Shown: positions 10,692 through 20,991, counted from the stretch's first letter. The stretch is DNA of 64,000 nt from Tagaea sp. (GCA_965279525.1 CBDIIB010000002.1:160001-224000); one strand, 5' to 3'. The notes: generated by a model from the letters alone, not told the origin. Numbers and translations are program-made.

Positions 10692-11495
10692 TCAGGCGTA
10701 GTCTTTCAGCCGGTCGAGCGGGAAGCGCGAGACTTCGGCAAGCAGGTCGGCCAGGCGCTGCGCGGCGAACTCGACGACCTTGCGGCCGCGCTCGGCGTCG
10801 GAATCGCCCGCATTGCCGACGGCACCTGACGGATGCAGGTCCTGCGTCTGCCAGGCAAGCGCGCTCTTGCCGGTGTAGGCGAGCAGCTTGAACTCCTTGG
10901 CAAAGTCGATCTGGCCGGGCTTGAAATCCGCGATCTTGTCGCGGCGGACCTGTGCGGGAGCCAGATGCATCATCATCGACGTCTCGACGCCGCCGGCATG
11001 GATGCCGAATTTCTCTTCCTGTGCCGGCCACAGCCCTTCCGGCATGCCGTAGGCCCACCAGGATGCCGCGACCGCGGCCATCTTCAGGCGCACGCGCAGG
11101 TCGCGCGTGACGATGTCCATGATCTGCGGCTGCCCGCCATGGCTGTTGAAAAGCACGATCTTGCGAATACCTGCCCGGTGCACGCATTCGCCGATCTCGG
11201 TCCAGACGCGGATCAGCGTCTCGGCCGAGAAGGAGAGGGTACCCGGAAAGGCGAGATGCTCGTTCGACTTGCCGATGTCGGTCTGCGGCAGGATCAGGAC
11301 CGGCAAACCGTCGTCGAGCAGTTCGCTGGCGCGTGCCACGATGCCACGGGCGAGCGTCGCGTCGACCGCGACGGGCAGATGGGGCCCGTGCTGCTCGACC
11401 GCCGCCACCGGCAGCAGGGCGACCGTGCGCTCGGCATCGAGCCCGCGGAAGTCCTCGGTGGTCATGTCGAGCCACCAGCGCCATGCCTTGCCCAT
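10692..11495 (-). CDS. Creatininase-family amidohydrolase
   Basis: EQHGPHLP..D, SNEH..FPGT, NSHGG, HAGGVETS. Confidence 0.92.
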   Translation of the reverse strand: MGKAWRWWLDMTTEDFRGLDAERTVALLPVAAVEQHGPHLPVAVDATLARGIVARASELLDDGLPVLILPQTDIGKSNEHLAFPGTLSFSAETLIRVWTEIGECVHRAGIRKIVLFNSHGGQPQIMDIVTRDLRVRLKMAAVAASWWAYGMPEGLWPAQEEKFGIHAGGVETSMMMHLAPAQVRRDKIADFKPGQIDFAKEFKLLAYTGKSALAWQTQDLHPSGAVGNAGDSDAERGRKVVEFAAQRLADLLAEVSRFPLDRLKDYA

Positions 11496-11573
11496 CGTCT
11501 CGTCGCTCCCTGCAGCCCGGTCAGGTTATATAGTCGAGCCGACCGCCCATTGCTAGGAGCCGACGAACCGCCC

Positions 11574-11969
11574 ATGAAACGCCATCTGCCGCCCGAACTC
11601 GCCGCCCCCCTCGCGCGCTATGTCCACGCCGTCGAGATCGCGACCCCCGGCCGGATGCTGTTTGCCTCCGGGCAACTCGCGATCGCGAAGGACGGCAGCG
11701 TGCCGGCGGGCATCGACGCGCAGTGCGATCTCATCTTCGCGAATCTCGACGCGATCCTGGCCGCCGGCGGGATGGGGCGCGGCGACGTCGTGCGCGTCAA
11801 CGCCTTCGTGATCGACCGGGAGGACCTGAAGCCCTACATGGCGGCGCGCGACCGCTGGTTTGCCGGCTCCGAGCCGCCCGCCTCGACGCTGATGCTGGTC
11901 TCGGGCTTCACGCGGCCCGAGTTCAAGGTCGAGATCGAGATCGTCGCCGCGCGCGAGACGGGTGCCTGA
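11574..11969 (+). CDS. RidA/YjgF family protein
   Basis: FASGQL, NLDAIL, PPASTL, KVEIEIVA. Confidence 0.88.
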   Translation: MKRHLPPELAAPLARYVHAVEIATPGRMLFASGQLAIAKDGSVPAGIDAQCDLIFANLDAILAAGGMGRGDVVRVNAFVIDREDLKPYMAARDRWFAGSEPPASTLMLVSGFTRPEFKVEIEIVAARETGA

Positions 11970-11970
11970 T

Positions 11971-13200
11971 CTAGAGACCCTGCACGTTCGCCTGGCTCGA
12001 CAGCGAGGCGTCCATGCGCTTGAGCATCTCCTCGATCTGCTCGAACAGCAGCCGGTTCTTGATCGCCGACTGCATATAGCGTTCGTGGATGTTGACCGTG
12101 TGCAGCACGGCCATCGAGCAATATCCGAGCACCCAGTAGCGGCGGTAGACGCCGGCCAGGAAGTTCCGGAACGGCTTGGGATCGCCGCCGTTGAGGAACT
12201 TGCCGTGGCAGTCGGTGTACTCGCCGAAAATGCCGTTCACGTTGGCGATCAGGTTGCGCAGCTTGCGCACGACCGCCTGGCGGAACATGTCCTGCTGTTC
12301 CTTGAAGTGCTTGAACTCGCGCATGTCGAGGGGGGTCGCGTCCGGCCCGTTCAGCCAGCGCAGCACCGTGGCGACCGACTGCAGGTTCTTGTTGAAGGTG
12401 TGCTCGTAGAACGTGACGCCCTTCCAGCCTTCGAAGATCTGCTGGGCCTGGTCGCCGGAGATGCCGAAGGCCGAAACGAAAAGCTTGGCTTCGGGCATCG
12501 TCGGGTCCCACAGCGCCTGCAGGAAGCGCTGCGAGCGTTCGTTGACGTCGGCGGCACTCTTGAGACCGAGCGCGCGCGCCACGATCGGGTTGACCTTCTC
12601 GGCGATCAGCGACTTGATGCCGTTTTCCTCTTCCTCCGAGATCGCGAAATAGGCCGGATGGATCTCGTTGATGTATTTCTGCAGCGCGCTCTTGAGCAGG
12701 AACGGATCGAGCGACGGGATCGAATCGATCGTGCGCAGGATCTCGACATCGCGCTCGAACGAGACGTTCGCCTGGCCTTCCTCGAAATCGACGCCGACAT
12801 GGTGCTTGAGCAGCTTCACGAATTCGCGCTGGCGCAGATAGATCCCATAGCCGCCCGCCGGAATCTCGTTGGCGTCGTGCGGCACGTAGATCGCGGTCTC
12901 GATGGGGCGGTCGGCCTTGGGCGCTTCGGGTTGCGGGGCGGGGGCGGCCGCGGGCTTTGCCGGTGCGGCACCGGGCTTGGCGGCTGCCGGGGCCGGGGGC
13001 GGCGGGGCATCCGCGATCTGCTGCTCGAAATTCGGGTACTTGAAGATGATCGTCTTGTTCAGGCTGGGCTGCCGGAACATCTGCCGATCCTTGGCGATCG
13101 CGGACACCTTGATCAGGTTGAGCGCCACCGACGAACCGCCGTGGACGATCTGATCCAGGATCGGCGAGAGGGATTTCTTCTTCTTCTGCTGTTCGCTCAA
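11971..13200 (-). CDS. Hypothetical protein, 409 aa, with a Pro/Ala linker (TTG start)
   Basis: Long ORF with strong GC3 codon bias; IPSLDPFLL and WKGVTFY motifs; no recognised domain. Confidence 0.8.
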   Translation of the reverse strand: MSEQQKKKKSLSPILDQIVHGGSSVALNLIKVSAIAKDRQMFRQPSLNKTIIFKYPNFEQQIADAPPPPAPAAAKPGAAPAKPAAAPAPQPEAPKADRPIETAIYVPHDANEIPAGGYGIYLRQREFVKLLKHHVGVDFEEGQANVSFERDVEILRTIDSIPSLDPFLLKSALQKYINEIHPAYFAISEEEENGIKSLIAEKVNPIVARALGLKSAADVNERSQRFLQALWDPTMPEAKLFVSAFGISGDQAQQIFEGWKGVTFYEHTFNKNLQSVATVLRWLNGPDATPLDMREFKHFKEQQDMFRQAVVRKLRNLIANVNGIFGEYTDCHGKFLNGGDPKPFRNFLAGVYRRYWVLGYCSMAVLHTVNIHERYMQSAIKNRLLFEQIEEMLKRMDASLSSQANVQGL

Positions 13201-13284
13201 GGGACTTGATCCGCCACAAAATTTGTCCGCCCCAACCTATTGGACAGGGTCAAATTGTGCAACCGCGAGATTCGTGGCGGAAAT

Positions 13285-13413
13285 CTAGCGCGGGATGCTG
13301 GCTACTGCCGCCGGGTGCGTTTCGCCCGTCGCATATTGCGCGACTCCGATCCCGATCGCCATCAGGACCAGCGCGATGGTCCAGACCAGCAGCAATTCCT
13401 TCACTTCGTCCAT
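13285..13413 (-). CDS. Small single-TM protein (42 aa), below the ORF-track cutoff
   Basis: ATG 13413 to TAG 13285 gives MDEVKELLLVWTIALVLMAIGIGVAQYATGETHPAAVASIPR; fills an otherwise empty gap. Confidence 0.5.
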   Translation of the reverse strand: MDEVKELLLVWTIALVLMAIGIGVAQYATGETHPAAVASIPR

Positions 13414-13457
13414 GCGGCGTTATCGGCCGGCCGGCCCCGACGACGCAGTGACGCCTG

Positions 13458-14225
13458 TCACACCAGGCCACCGTCGACGATGAAATTCTGACCCGTGCAG
13501 CCGTCGGAATCATCCGACGCGAGCCACAGGGCCATCCGCGCGCAATGCTCGGGCCCGAGTCGGAACTTGAGCGACTGCAACTCGAGAAAACGGGCGTCCT
13601 CCTCGGGATTGCGCCATAGCGCTGTCTGGCGCTCGGTGACGATGGCGCCCGGCACGAGGCAGTTGACCCGGATGCCGCGCCCGCCGAGTTCGCGGGCCAG
13701 CGAGCGGGTCATGCCGTTGACCGCAGATTTCGACGTCGCATAGCCGATGAAGATGTCGCGCGAGCGCATCCACGAAACCGAGCCCATGTTGACGACGGAC
13801 CCGCCGCCGGCCGCCGCCATGATCGGTGCCGCGGCCTGGATCGCGAAAAACTGGTGGCGCAGATTCACCGCAAGGCACTTGTCCCAGTATTCGGGCGTGA
13901 CGTCCTCGAGCTTGTGCCGGTCGTCGCGCGCGGCGTTGTTGACGAGCACGCGCAGCGGGCCGACCGCCGCCGCAGCACCCTCGATCGCCGCCTTGTAGGC
14001 GTCGGTGTCGGTCACGTCGCAGCGCCGGTAGTACGGGGCCGGATGGCCCGCCGCGGCGATCTTCGCGACAAGCGCCTGCGAGGGCGCATCGGCCACGTCG
14101 ACGAACGCCACGCGTGCGCCTTGTGCCGCGAAATGCTCGACGAAACACGCGCCGATGCCCGATCCGCCGCCCGAGACGAACACCGCGCGATCCTTCAGGC
14201 TCGGATAGATGGCGTCGTGCCGCAT
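13458..14225 (-). CDS. SDR sugar dehydrogenase, D-xylose 1-dehydrogenase (Caulobacter XylB)-like
   Basis: AIYPSLK..GGGSGIG, NNAARDDRH, VNLRHQFF, YATSK, TRSLARELG. Confidence 0.85.
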   Translation of the reverse strand: MRHDAIYPSLKDRAVFVSGGGSGIGACFVEHFAAQGARVAFVDVADAPSQALVAKIAAAGHPAPYYRRCDVTDTDAYKAAIEGAAAAVGPLRVLVNNAARDDRHKLEDVTPEYWDKCLAVNLRHQFFAIQAAAPIMAAAGGGSVVNMGSVSWMRSRDIFIGYATSKSAVNGMTRSLARELGGRGIRVNCLVPGAIVTERQTALWRNPEEDARFLELQSLKFRLGPEHCARMALWLASDDSDGCTGQNFIVDGGLV

Positions 14226-14291
14226 GCGTTTTCTCCCCGAATCCGGCTATTGTCCCGAGGCAAGCCCTCGAATCGCCGACAGGTCCGGATC

Positions 14292-15242
14292 GTGCCGCAA
14301 ACCAGTTCACCCGTCACGCCCCGCCTCCTGACGCTCCGCTCGGGCCCCTTCGCGCTCGATCTGGCGCCGGAAATCGGTGGATCGATCGTCGGGTTCCGGA
14401 CCGACTGGGCGGGTGGCGTGGATCTGATGCGCCGCACACCCGATGCCGGGCTGGCCGCACGCGACGTGCGGCTTGCCGGCTGCTACGTGCTCGCTCCCTA
14501 TTCCAACCGCATACGAGAGTGCACCTTGCAGTTCGGCGGACGGCGCTACCGTCTTGCCCCAAATTTCGGAAGCCATCCCCATTCGATCCACGGCAATGGC
14601 TGGCAGCGTGCGTGGACGGTCGAGACCGCCGACGCGACGAGCGCCACGCTTGTCCTCGAACACACGGCGCACGACCTGCTCTCGTCGGAGTGGCCGTTCG
14701 CCTATCGGGCGCGCCAGCGCTTCACGCTGGGGGCCGACGGGCTGGAAATCGGCCTCGAGCTGTCGAATGCCGGCAGTTCGCCGATGCCGGCAGGCTTCGG
14801 CCTGCATCCCTATTTCCCGCGCGCCGCGGGAACACGCCTGACGACGGCGACCAACGCGGTCTGGCGCAACGACGAAGCGATGATGCCCGTCGCCCTCGAC
14901 CCCGTCCCGCCGGCATGGAACTTCGCGGAAGGGCGCCTCGTCGCACCGCTCGCGGTCGACAACTGCTTTGCCGGCTGGAGCGGCAATGCACGCGTCGACT
15001 GGCCGGAATGGGGCATCCGGCTCGACATGACGGCCGATCCCGTCTTCGGTCATCTCGTCGTCTTCGTGCCGACCGGAAAGAACTTCTTCTGCGTCGAGCC
15101 TGTCAGCAACTGCAACGACGGCATGAACCTGATGGCCAAGGGCCGCACCGATACCGGCGTCGCGGTCCTCGAGCCGGGCGCGACACTCTCCGGCAGCGTG
15201 ATGTTCGCCTATTCGAGAATGGAAACCGGCGGGGCGGAATGA
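14292..15242 (+). CDS. Aldose 1-epimerase (mutarotase) family; start (GTG) uncertain
   Basis: PYSNRI, HSIHG, GLHPYF, DNCF, FCVEP. Confidence 0.88.
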   Translation: MPQTSSPVTPRLLTLRSGPFALDLAPEIGGSIVGFRTDWAGGVDLMRRTPDAGLAARDVRLAGCYVLAPYSNRIRECTLQFGGRRYRLAPNFGSHPHSIHGNGWQRAWTVETADATSATLVLEHTAHDLLSSEWPFAYRARQRFTLGADGLEIGLELSNAGSSPMPAGFGLHPYFPRAAGTRLTTATNAVWRNDEAMMPVALDPVPPAWNFAEGRLVAPLAVDNCFAGWSGNARVDWPEWGIRLDMTADPVFGHLVVFVPTGKNFFCVEPVSNCNDGMNLMAKGRTDTGVAVLEPGATLSGSVMFAYSRMETGGAE

Positions 15243-16009
15243 AGGGCTATTCCGGTCCGGTCTACGACGCGCATCTCCACATCGTCGATCCGCGTTTCCC
15301 GCTCGTCTCCAACGAAGGCTACGTTCCGCACGCCTATCTCGCGGCCGACTATCTCGCGGCGGCGAAGCCGCTGGGCATCGTCGGCGGGGCGGTCGTGTCG
15401 GGATCGTTTCAGGCGTTCGACCAGGACTATCTGCTCGCCGCACTTGCCGAACTGGGGCCGGCCTATGTCGGCGTCACGCAGATCCCGGCCAGCACGCTCG
15501 ATCACGAGATCGTGGCGCTCGACGCCGCCGGCGTGCGCGCGGTGCGCTTCAATGTCTATCGCGGCGGCTCGGAATCCTTCGCGTCGATCGCGAGCTTCGG
15601 GCGGCGCATCCACCGGCTCTGCGGCTGGCATGTCGAGCTCTATGCCGACATGGCGAAGCTGCGGCCGGCCGAGGTCGATACGCTTTCCAAGCTGCCGCAA
15701 CTCGTCGTCGACCATCTCGGCATGAGCGAAGGCGGCCTTGCCCGCCTCGTCGATCTCGCCGCGGCGGGTGCCAAAGTGAAGGCGACCGGGTTCGGACGCG
15801 TGCTCGTCGATCCGGAAGACGCGATGGAGAAGATCGCGGCCGCCAATCCGGACTCGCTGATGTTCGGGTCCGACCTGCCGTCGACGCGCGCGCGCCGGCC
15901 TTTCGAACCGGCGGACATGGAGCTGATCGCCGGCGTGCTTGGCGCGGAACTCGCACGCAAGGCCTTCCACGACAATGCCGTGAAACTCTATCGGCCTGCG
16001 GCGGCCTGA
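15239..16009 (+). CDS. Amidohydrolase_2 family protein, probable lactonase
   Basis: DAHLH, GVRAVRFN, DHLG, KATGFGR, MFGSDLP; ATGA overlap with the epimerase. Confidence 0.85.
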   Translation: MKGYSGPVYDAHLHIVDPRFPLVSNEGYVPHAYLAADYLAAAKPLGIVGGAVVSGSFQAFDQDYLLAALAELGPAYVGVTQIPASTLDHEIVALDAAGVRAVRFNVYRGGSESFASIASFGRRIHRLCGWHVELYADMAKLRPAEVDTLSKLPQLVVDHLGMSEGGLARLVDLAAAGAKVKATGFGRVLVDPEDAMEKIAAANPDSLMFGSDLPSTRARRPFEPADMELIAGVLGAELARKAFHDNAVKLYRPAAA

Positions 16010-16899
16010 GGGGCGGCGGCGGGCCATGCCGCCGCCGTGGTGCCGAGGATCGTCAGCGCGATGCCGAAAGCGACGGCCAATGTCGGCGTCTCGCCGAGCA
16101 GGACCGCTCCGCCCAGCGCCGACAGGACCGGCACAAGTGCCCCGGACAGGGCCGCACGTGCGGCACCCAGATGTCGGATTGCCAGCGTGAAGGTCCACGT
16201 GCCGCCGAGACCCGCCAGAAGGCCCTGCGCCACGAACTGGGTCAGGCCTGCCGAGAATTCCACGTCGGGAAGTGTGGCACCGGCAAGCCACAGGCGTAGC
16301 GGGATCGCCACGACCAGCGAAGAAAGCGAGATGAGGGCGATCGAATGCCACGGATCTAGTCCGCTGCGCCGGTAGGCGACCGTGTAGACGGACCAGATGG
16401 CACCCGCCGCGACGAACAGCAAGTCGCCGCGCCAGGTCGCCGCACCCATGTCGGCCAGCGAATCGCCGGCGATCGCCAGCACGCCCGCGACGATGGCGGC
16501 AAAGCCGGCGAGACGGCGCGGGCTCTGGCGTTCGCCCAGGAAGATCGCGGCCATCAGGGCCGTGAAGATCGGCATCGTGCCCGGCAGCAGGGCCCCCATG
16601 TGCGCGACAGGTGCAAAGCCGGCGCCGAACATCGCGACCAGCCCGAACGGCAGGCCGGCGCCGAGCACGATGGGGGCCGCGAGCCAGCGCGGGCTCGCCG
16701 TCGGCCACAGGCCGCGCCGCAGCAGGAGCGGGAGCAGGACAAGCGCCGGCACGCCGTAGCGGAGAAGTGCGAGGTCGAGCGGGGGCAGCACGGCGGTAAC
16801 GCCGAATCGGGTGGCGACCTGCCAGCTTGCACCGACCAGGGCGGCGGCGAGACCGGCGGCAAGGCCGATCGCGAGGGACTGTCCGGCAGGTGACGTCAT
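15988..16899 (-). CDS. DMT/EamA family transporter
   Basis: About 10 TM helices, LLRY, FLGER, LLGE repeat signature. Confidence 0.85.
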   Translation of the reverse strand: MTSPAGQSLAIGLAAGLAAALVGASWQVATRFGVTAVLPPLDLALLRYGVPALVLLPLLLRRGLWPTASPRWLAAPIVLGAGLPFGLVAMFGAGFAPVAHMGALLPGTMPIFTALMAAIFLGERQSPRRLAGFAAIVAGVLAIAGDSLADMGAATWRGDLLFVAAGAIWSVYTVAYRRSGLDPWHSIALISLSSLVVAIPLRLWLAGATLPDVEFSAGLTQFVAQGLLAGLGGTWTFTLAIRHLGAARAALSGALVPVLSALGGAVLLGETPTLAVAFGIALTILGTTAAAWPAAAPQAAAGR

Positions 16900-16958
16900 G
16901 GCGCGGAATAGACATCGCAAGGACGTCATACAGCAAGTGAAACGTGCGGCCGCGCCGC

Positions 16959-19196
16959 CTATCGCGTGAACACGATCCGCGTTCCGGCGCGCGCGGCCGT
17001 GCAATCGTGTGCGCGCACGCGCGCGTCCGGGGTTCCGCCCAGCGCCATCCCGGCACCTTCCGCCTCGAGCGTCAGCAGGCCGTCGCCGACGACGGGCACC
17101 GTCCTCGGCATGCCGAAGGCGACGATCTCGGCGATCGGATTGCGCCGGTCGATTTCGCCGGTGTGCGCGACATCGCGCCCCAGCGCCAGCATGTGGCCCG
17201 CCCGCACATAGACCGGCAGCCGGTCGAGCGGAACGTTCTCGACGCGAAGCTGCTGGCCGCCGGCGATCCGCTCGCCGGTCCAGAAATCGTACCAGTCGCC
17301 CTCCGGCAGCCAGACATCGACCGCACCGCCCGGCTTCAGGATCGGCGCCACGAGCAGGGAGGGGCCGCACATGTACTGTTCTTCGAACGCGCGCGCGGCA
17401 CGGTCCTTCGGGAAGGCGAGCGCCATCGCGCGCATCACCGGCAGGCCGGTGCGCACCGCGATCTCGACGCAGCCCCACAGATAGGGAAGCAGGCGATAGC
17501 GAAGGCCCATCCAGGCGCGCGCATGGCGCGCGACTTCCGCGCCAAGGCTCCACGGCTCGCGGATGCCGATGCCGTGGAAGCGGAAATGCGAACAGAAGAC
17601 GCCTGCGGCGACCCAGCGCAGATAAAGCTCCGGATCGGGCTGGCGCGAGCCGTAGAAGCCGCCGACATCGGTCGAGTAGTAGGGCACGCCCGACAGGCCG
17701 TACGACAGGCCGCCCCGGATCGAGGCAGCCAGCCCCTCCCAGTCGGTCTGCGGATCGCCGCCCCACTGGACCGGGAATTTCTGCGCGCCGATCCAGCCGT
17801 CGCGACCCCACACGCACGCGTCAGCCGCCCCCTTGGCCTTCGCAGTCGCCTCGTAGACCGCCTGGTTGTAGAGCCGCGGATAGACGTTGTGCAGGCGCCG
17901 GCCGCTGTCGCCGTTGTGCGCGACGACGTGATCCATGACCTGCTCGCCGAAATCGGTCTTCATCGTATCGACGCCGACCGCCCAAAGCCGGTCGTGGCGC
18001 GCCTTCCACCATGCGACCGCCTCGGGATTCGTGAAGTCGAGGATGCCGGAGGGCGGCAACGGCGTCAGCACGTTGCCGAACGGCGATGTGCCGGGCGTGA
18101 CGTCCCACTGGTAGACATGCGGGCTGCCGTCGGGCTCGCGCAGGAACAGGCCGCGCTTCTCAAGATCGGCATACTCGGCGTTGTGGATCGAGACGAGCGG
18201 GTATTCCCAGCAGCAGATGCGGAAATTCCGCGCCTTCAGCTTGTCGATCGAGGCCTTGGGATCGGGATAGCGTGACGGATCGAAATCGAGCGTGGCGCGC
18301 GTGCTTACTTCCATCCACGCGCGGCCGTCGAAGGTGATGACATCGGCGGGAAAGTCCGCTTCGCGGCATTCGCGCGCGGCGTCGAGGATCTCGTCCTCGG
18401 TGCGGTAGTAGGCGCGGCTCAACCACACGCCCAGCGACCAGAACGGCGGCAGGGCGGGCTTGCCGGTGATCTCTGAACAGCGCCCGATGACATGTGCGGG
18501 ATCTGGCCCTGCGAACAGGAACAGGTCGAACGTCTCGTCCTCGCACAAGATCGCGTAGCTGCGGTGCGACCATTGGCCGTAGCCGACCGCATGGTGGACA
18601 TGGGCCGGCGTGTTGACGAGGGCGCCCCACGCCCCGCCGGCGGCCTTCAGGCCCCACGCGAACGGGATCGACTTGTAGGAAAGCTCGGTATTGACCCCGA
18701 GCGCGTCCTCGATGCGGTTGGTGACGAACTGTCCGCGCCGGTCGAGCGGGCCGAACTTCTCGCCAAGCCCGTAGACCGGCTCGCCGGAATCGAGTGCGAA
18801 CGAAGCGAGCCAGCCCTCGGGCCCGCGCGCGAAGGCGGGCAGGCGGGTCCAGCCGCGGAAATGTTCGTCGGTCAGCGAACCGAGCGGATCGTCGAGCCAG
18901 CCCTTGCGCCCGAAGCGCACGCGCACCGGATCGCCCGACAGCTCGAGCCACTCGGTCTCGTCGCCGAGGCGGAAGACGCCCGGCGCCGTCTCGCGGCAGG
19001 CGGGGGCCGCGAAGCCGCCGGTCTCGACCAGGCCGTAGTCCGGCTTTGTCGCCGTACCGAATGTCAGGCGCCAGTCGCCGCCGCGCTTGGCGACGGCAAG
19101 TCGGCCGATCTCGGTCGTGAAGACGAGAGCGGCCTTGGTGTCGGTTGCGCGCGCCAGAGTCTGGGCACGGACGAATTTCGTGAAATCGATCTGCAC
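16959..19196 (-). CDS. GH31 glycoside hydrolase, alpha-xylosidase (YicI-like)
   Basis: YGLGEKF, nucleophile motif MKTDFGE, WGGD, FRFHG..REPW. Confidence 0.88.
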   Translation of the reverse strand: MQIDFTKFVRAQTLARATDTKAALVFTTEIGRLAVAKRGGDWRLTFGTATKPDYGLVETGGFAAPACRETAPGVFRLGDETEWLELSGDPVRVRFGRKGWLDDPLGSLTDEHFRGWTRLPAFARGPEGWLASFALDSGEPVYGLGEKFGPLDRRGQFVTNRIEDALGVNTELSYKSIPFAWGLKAAGGAWGALVNTPAHVHHAVGYGQWSHRSYAILCEDETFDLFLFAGPDPAHVIGRCSEITGKPALPPFWSLGVWLSRAYYRTEDEILDAARECREADFPADVITFDGRAWMEVSTRATLDFDPSRYPDPKASIDKLKARNFRICCWEYPLVSIHNAEYADLEKRGLFLREPDGSPHVYQWDVTPGTSPFGNVLTPLPPSGILDFTNPEAVAWWKARHDRLWAVGVDTMKTDFGEQVMDHVVAHNGDSGRRLHNVYPRLYNQAVYEATAKAKGAADACVWGRDGWIGAQKFPVQWGGDPQTDWEGLAASIRGGLSYGLSGVPYYSTDVGGFYGSRQPDPELYLRWVAAGVFCSHFRFHGIGIREPWSLGAEVARHARAWMGLRYRLLPYLWGCVEIAVRTGLPVMRAMALAFPKDRAARAFEEQYMCGPSLLVAPILKPGGAVDVWLPEGDWYDFWTGERIAGGQQLRVENVPLDRLPVYVRAGHMLALGRDVAHTGEIDRRNPIAEIVAFGMPRTVPVVGDGLLTLEAEGAGMALGGTPDARVRAHDCTAARAGTRIVFTR

Positions 19197-19206
19197 GACG
19201 GGACTC

Positions 19207-20037
19207 TCAGCCTTTGACGCCGCCTGCCGTGAGGCCGGAGACGACGCGTTCCTGGAAGATTGCGATCAGCACGCACACGGGCACGATCGCCACGATAAGG
19301 GCGGCCGAGATGATCGGCCACGGAAAAGCGAACTCGCCCTGATAGAGCGTGATGCCCACAGGCAGGGTCCGGCTCGTCACGCGGCTCGACAGCGTCAGCG
19401 CCAGCAGGAACTCGTCCCACGCGTTGACGAAGGCGAGGATGGCAGCCGTGAAGACGCCGGGGGCGGCGAGCGGCACCACGACGTGCCAGAGTGCGCCAAG
19501 GCGCGAGCAGCCGTCGATCATCGCGGCATTCTCGAGGTCGGCGGGGATGTCCTGGAAGAAGCTCGCCATCACCAGCGTGCACACCGGCATCGACAGCACG
19601 GCATAGGGAAAAACGAGGGCGGGGTAGGTGTTGAGCCAGCCCAGCGTGCGCATCGTCTGGAACAGCGGCACCATCAGCGAGATGAGCGGAAACATCGACA
19701 CGGCGAGCAGCACCGACAACACGATGTTGCGCCCCGGGATGCGCAGGCGGACGATCGCATAGGCCGCGAGCGCCGAGACGAAGATGCACAGCACCGTCGA
19801 CAGTCCTGCAACCACTAGGCTGTTCCACAAGAAAAGCAGGATCGGCTGGTCGACGAACACACGCACGTAGTTCAACAGCGTGGGATCGTGCGGGAAGATC
19901 GTGATCGGGTAGCGCAGCAGTTCCGATTCCGTCTTCAGCGACGTGAACAGGATCCAGATCGCCGGAAAGAAGCCGTTTGCCGCGACGATCGCCGCGGCGA
20001 GCCAGACCGTCTTGCGGTGGCCGAGTTTCGCGAGCAT
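19207..20037 (-). CDS. Carbohydrate ABC transporter permease
   Basis: EAA loop LENAAMIDGCS, AWDEF, GLTAGGVKG. Confidence 0.92.
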   Translation of the reverse strand: MLAKLGHRKTVWLAAAIVAANGFFPAIWILFTSLKTESELLRYPITIFPHDPTLLNYVRVFVDQPILLFLWNSLVVAGLSTVLCIFVSALAAYAIVRLRIPGRNIVLSVLLAVSMFPLISLMVPLFQTMRTLGWLNTYPALVFPYAVLSMPVCTLVMASFFQDIPADLENAAMIDGCSRLGALWHVVVPLAAPGVFTAAILAFVNAWDEFLLALTLSSRVTSRTLPVGITLYQGEFAFPWPIISAALIVAIVPVCVLIAIFQERVVSGLTAGGVKG

Positions 20038-20945
20038 CAGCGGTTCCCCGTGTCGCGCTTCGTGTGGCGCAGATAGACCGACGTGGCGACGATCGAGATC
20101 AGGAACATCAGCGTGGCGAGCGCCGAGCCGTAGCCGAGGTCGAGGAAGTCGATCGTCGTCTTGTGGATGTACATGGCCATCGTCTCGGTCGCCGTACCGG
20201 GGCCGCCATTGGTCATCGCGAAGGGGATGTCGAAGGTCTGGATGGCGGTGATCGTGCGGAAAATGAGGGCGACGACGATGGCCGGCTTCAGCATCGGCAG
20301 CGTGATCTCGATGAATTGCTGGAAGCGGCTGGCGCCGTCCACTTCGGCCGCCTCGTAGAGCGATTTCGGGATCGTCTGCAGGCCGGCGAGCAGGATCAGC
20401 GCCATGAACGAGGACGATTTCCAGACGATCGCGACGCACACGGCGACGAAGGCAAGCTGGGGATCGGAGAGCCATTGCGGCGGATCGAAGCCGGCAAGCA
20501 CGATGAGCCAGTTCACGAAACCCTGCCGGTAGTCGAAGAACCAGCGGAAGATGAGGCCGGCGAAAACCAGCGGCAGCGCCCAAGGCAGCAGCAGGCCGAG
20601 GCGCACGGGCCATTTGACCCGGAAGGGCTGGTTGGCGAGCAGGGCGAGACCCAGCCCGATGACGAGTGCGCCGGGCACCGTGACGACGATGAAGATGACC
20701 GTGTTGAGGACCGAATGCAGGAAGCGGTCGTCCTCGAACAGCGCGAAGGCATAATTCTCGAGACCGATGAAACGGTATCCCGGCCGCGTCAGCCGGAAGG
20801 AATAGAGCGAGTTGGCGAGCAGTTCGGCGATCGGATAGACGACGACGGCGAGCAGCAGCAATGCTGCCGGGGCCAGCAGCGCGTAGCCGAGACGCCGTTC
20901 GTCCCGTTCGAGCTTGCTGAGCCTGTAGCGTTTCGCGCTCGCCAT
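20037..20945 (-). CDS. Carbohydrate ABC transporter permease
   Basis: LYEAAEVDGAS, TNGGPGTATET. Confidence 0.92.
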   Translation of the reverse strand: MASAKRYRLSKLERDERRLGYALLAPAALLLLAVVVYPIAELLANSLYSFRLTRPGYRFIGLENYAFALFEDDRFLHSVLNTVIFIVVTVPGALVIGLGLALLANQPFRVKWPVRLGLLLPWALPLVFAGLIFRWFFDYRQGFVNWLIVLAGFDPPQWLSDPQLAFVAVCVAIVWKSSSFMALILLAGLQTIPKSLYEAAEVDGASRFQQFIEITLPMLKPAIVVALIFRTITAIQTFDIPFAMTNGGPGTATETMAMYIHKTTIDFLDLGYGSALATLMFLISIVATSVYLRHTKRDTGNR

Positions 20946-20956
20946 GGTGAAGGATC

Positions 20957-20983
20957 CCGGCGCCGCCCTTCGGGCGGCGCCGG
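20957..20983. other. Intercistronic stem-loop after the binding-protein gene
   Basis: CCGGCGCCGCCC-TTC-GGGCGGCGCCGG, 12-bp perfect stem. Confidence 0.6.
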
Positions 20984-20991
20984 CTCCCGTT

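Noticed and set aside
20957-20983. REP/MITE element
   Set aside because: I found no second copy in the window; its position after a binding-protein gene fits an mRNA-stabilising hairpin
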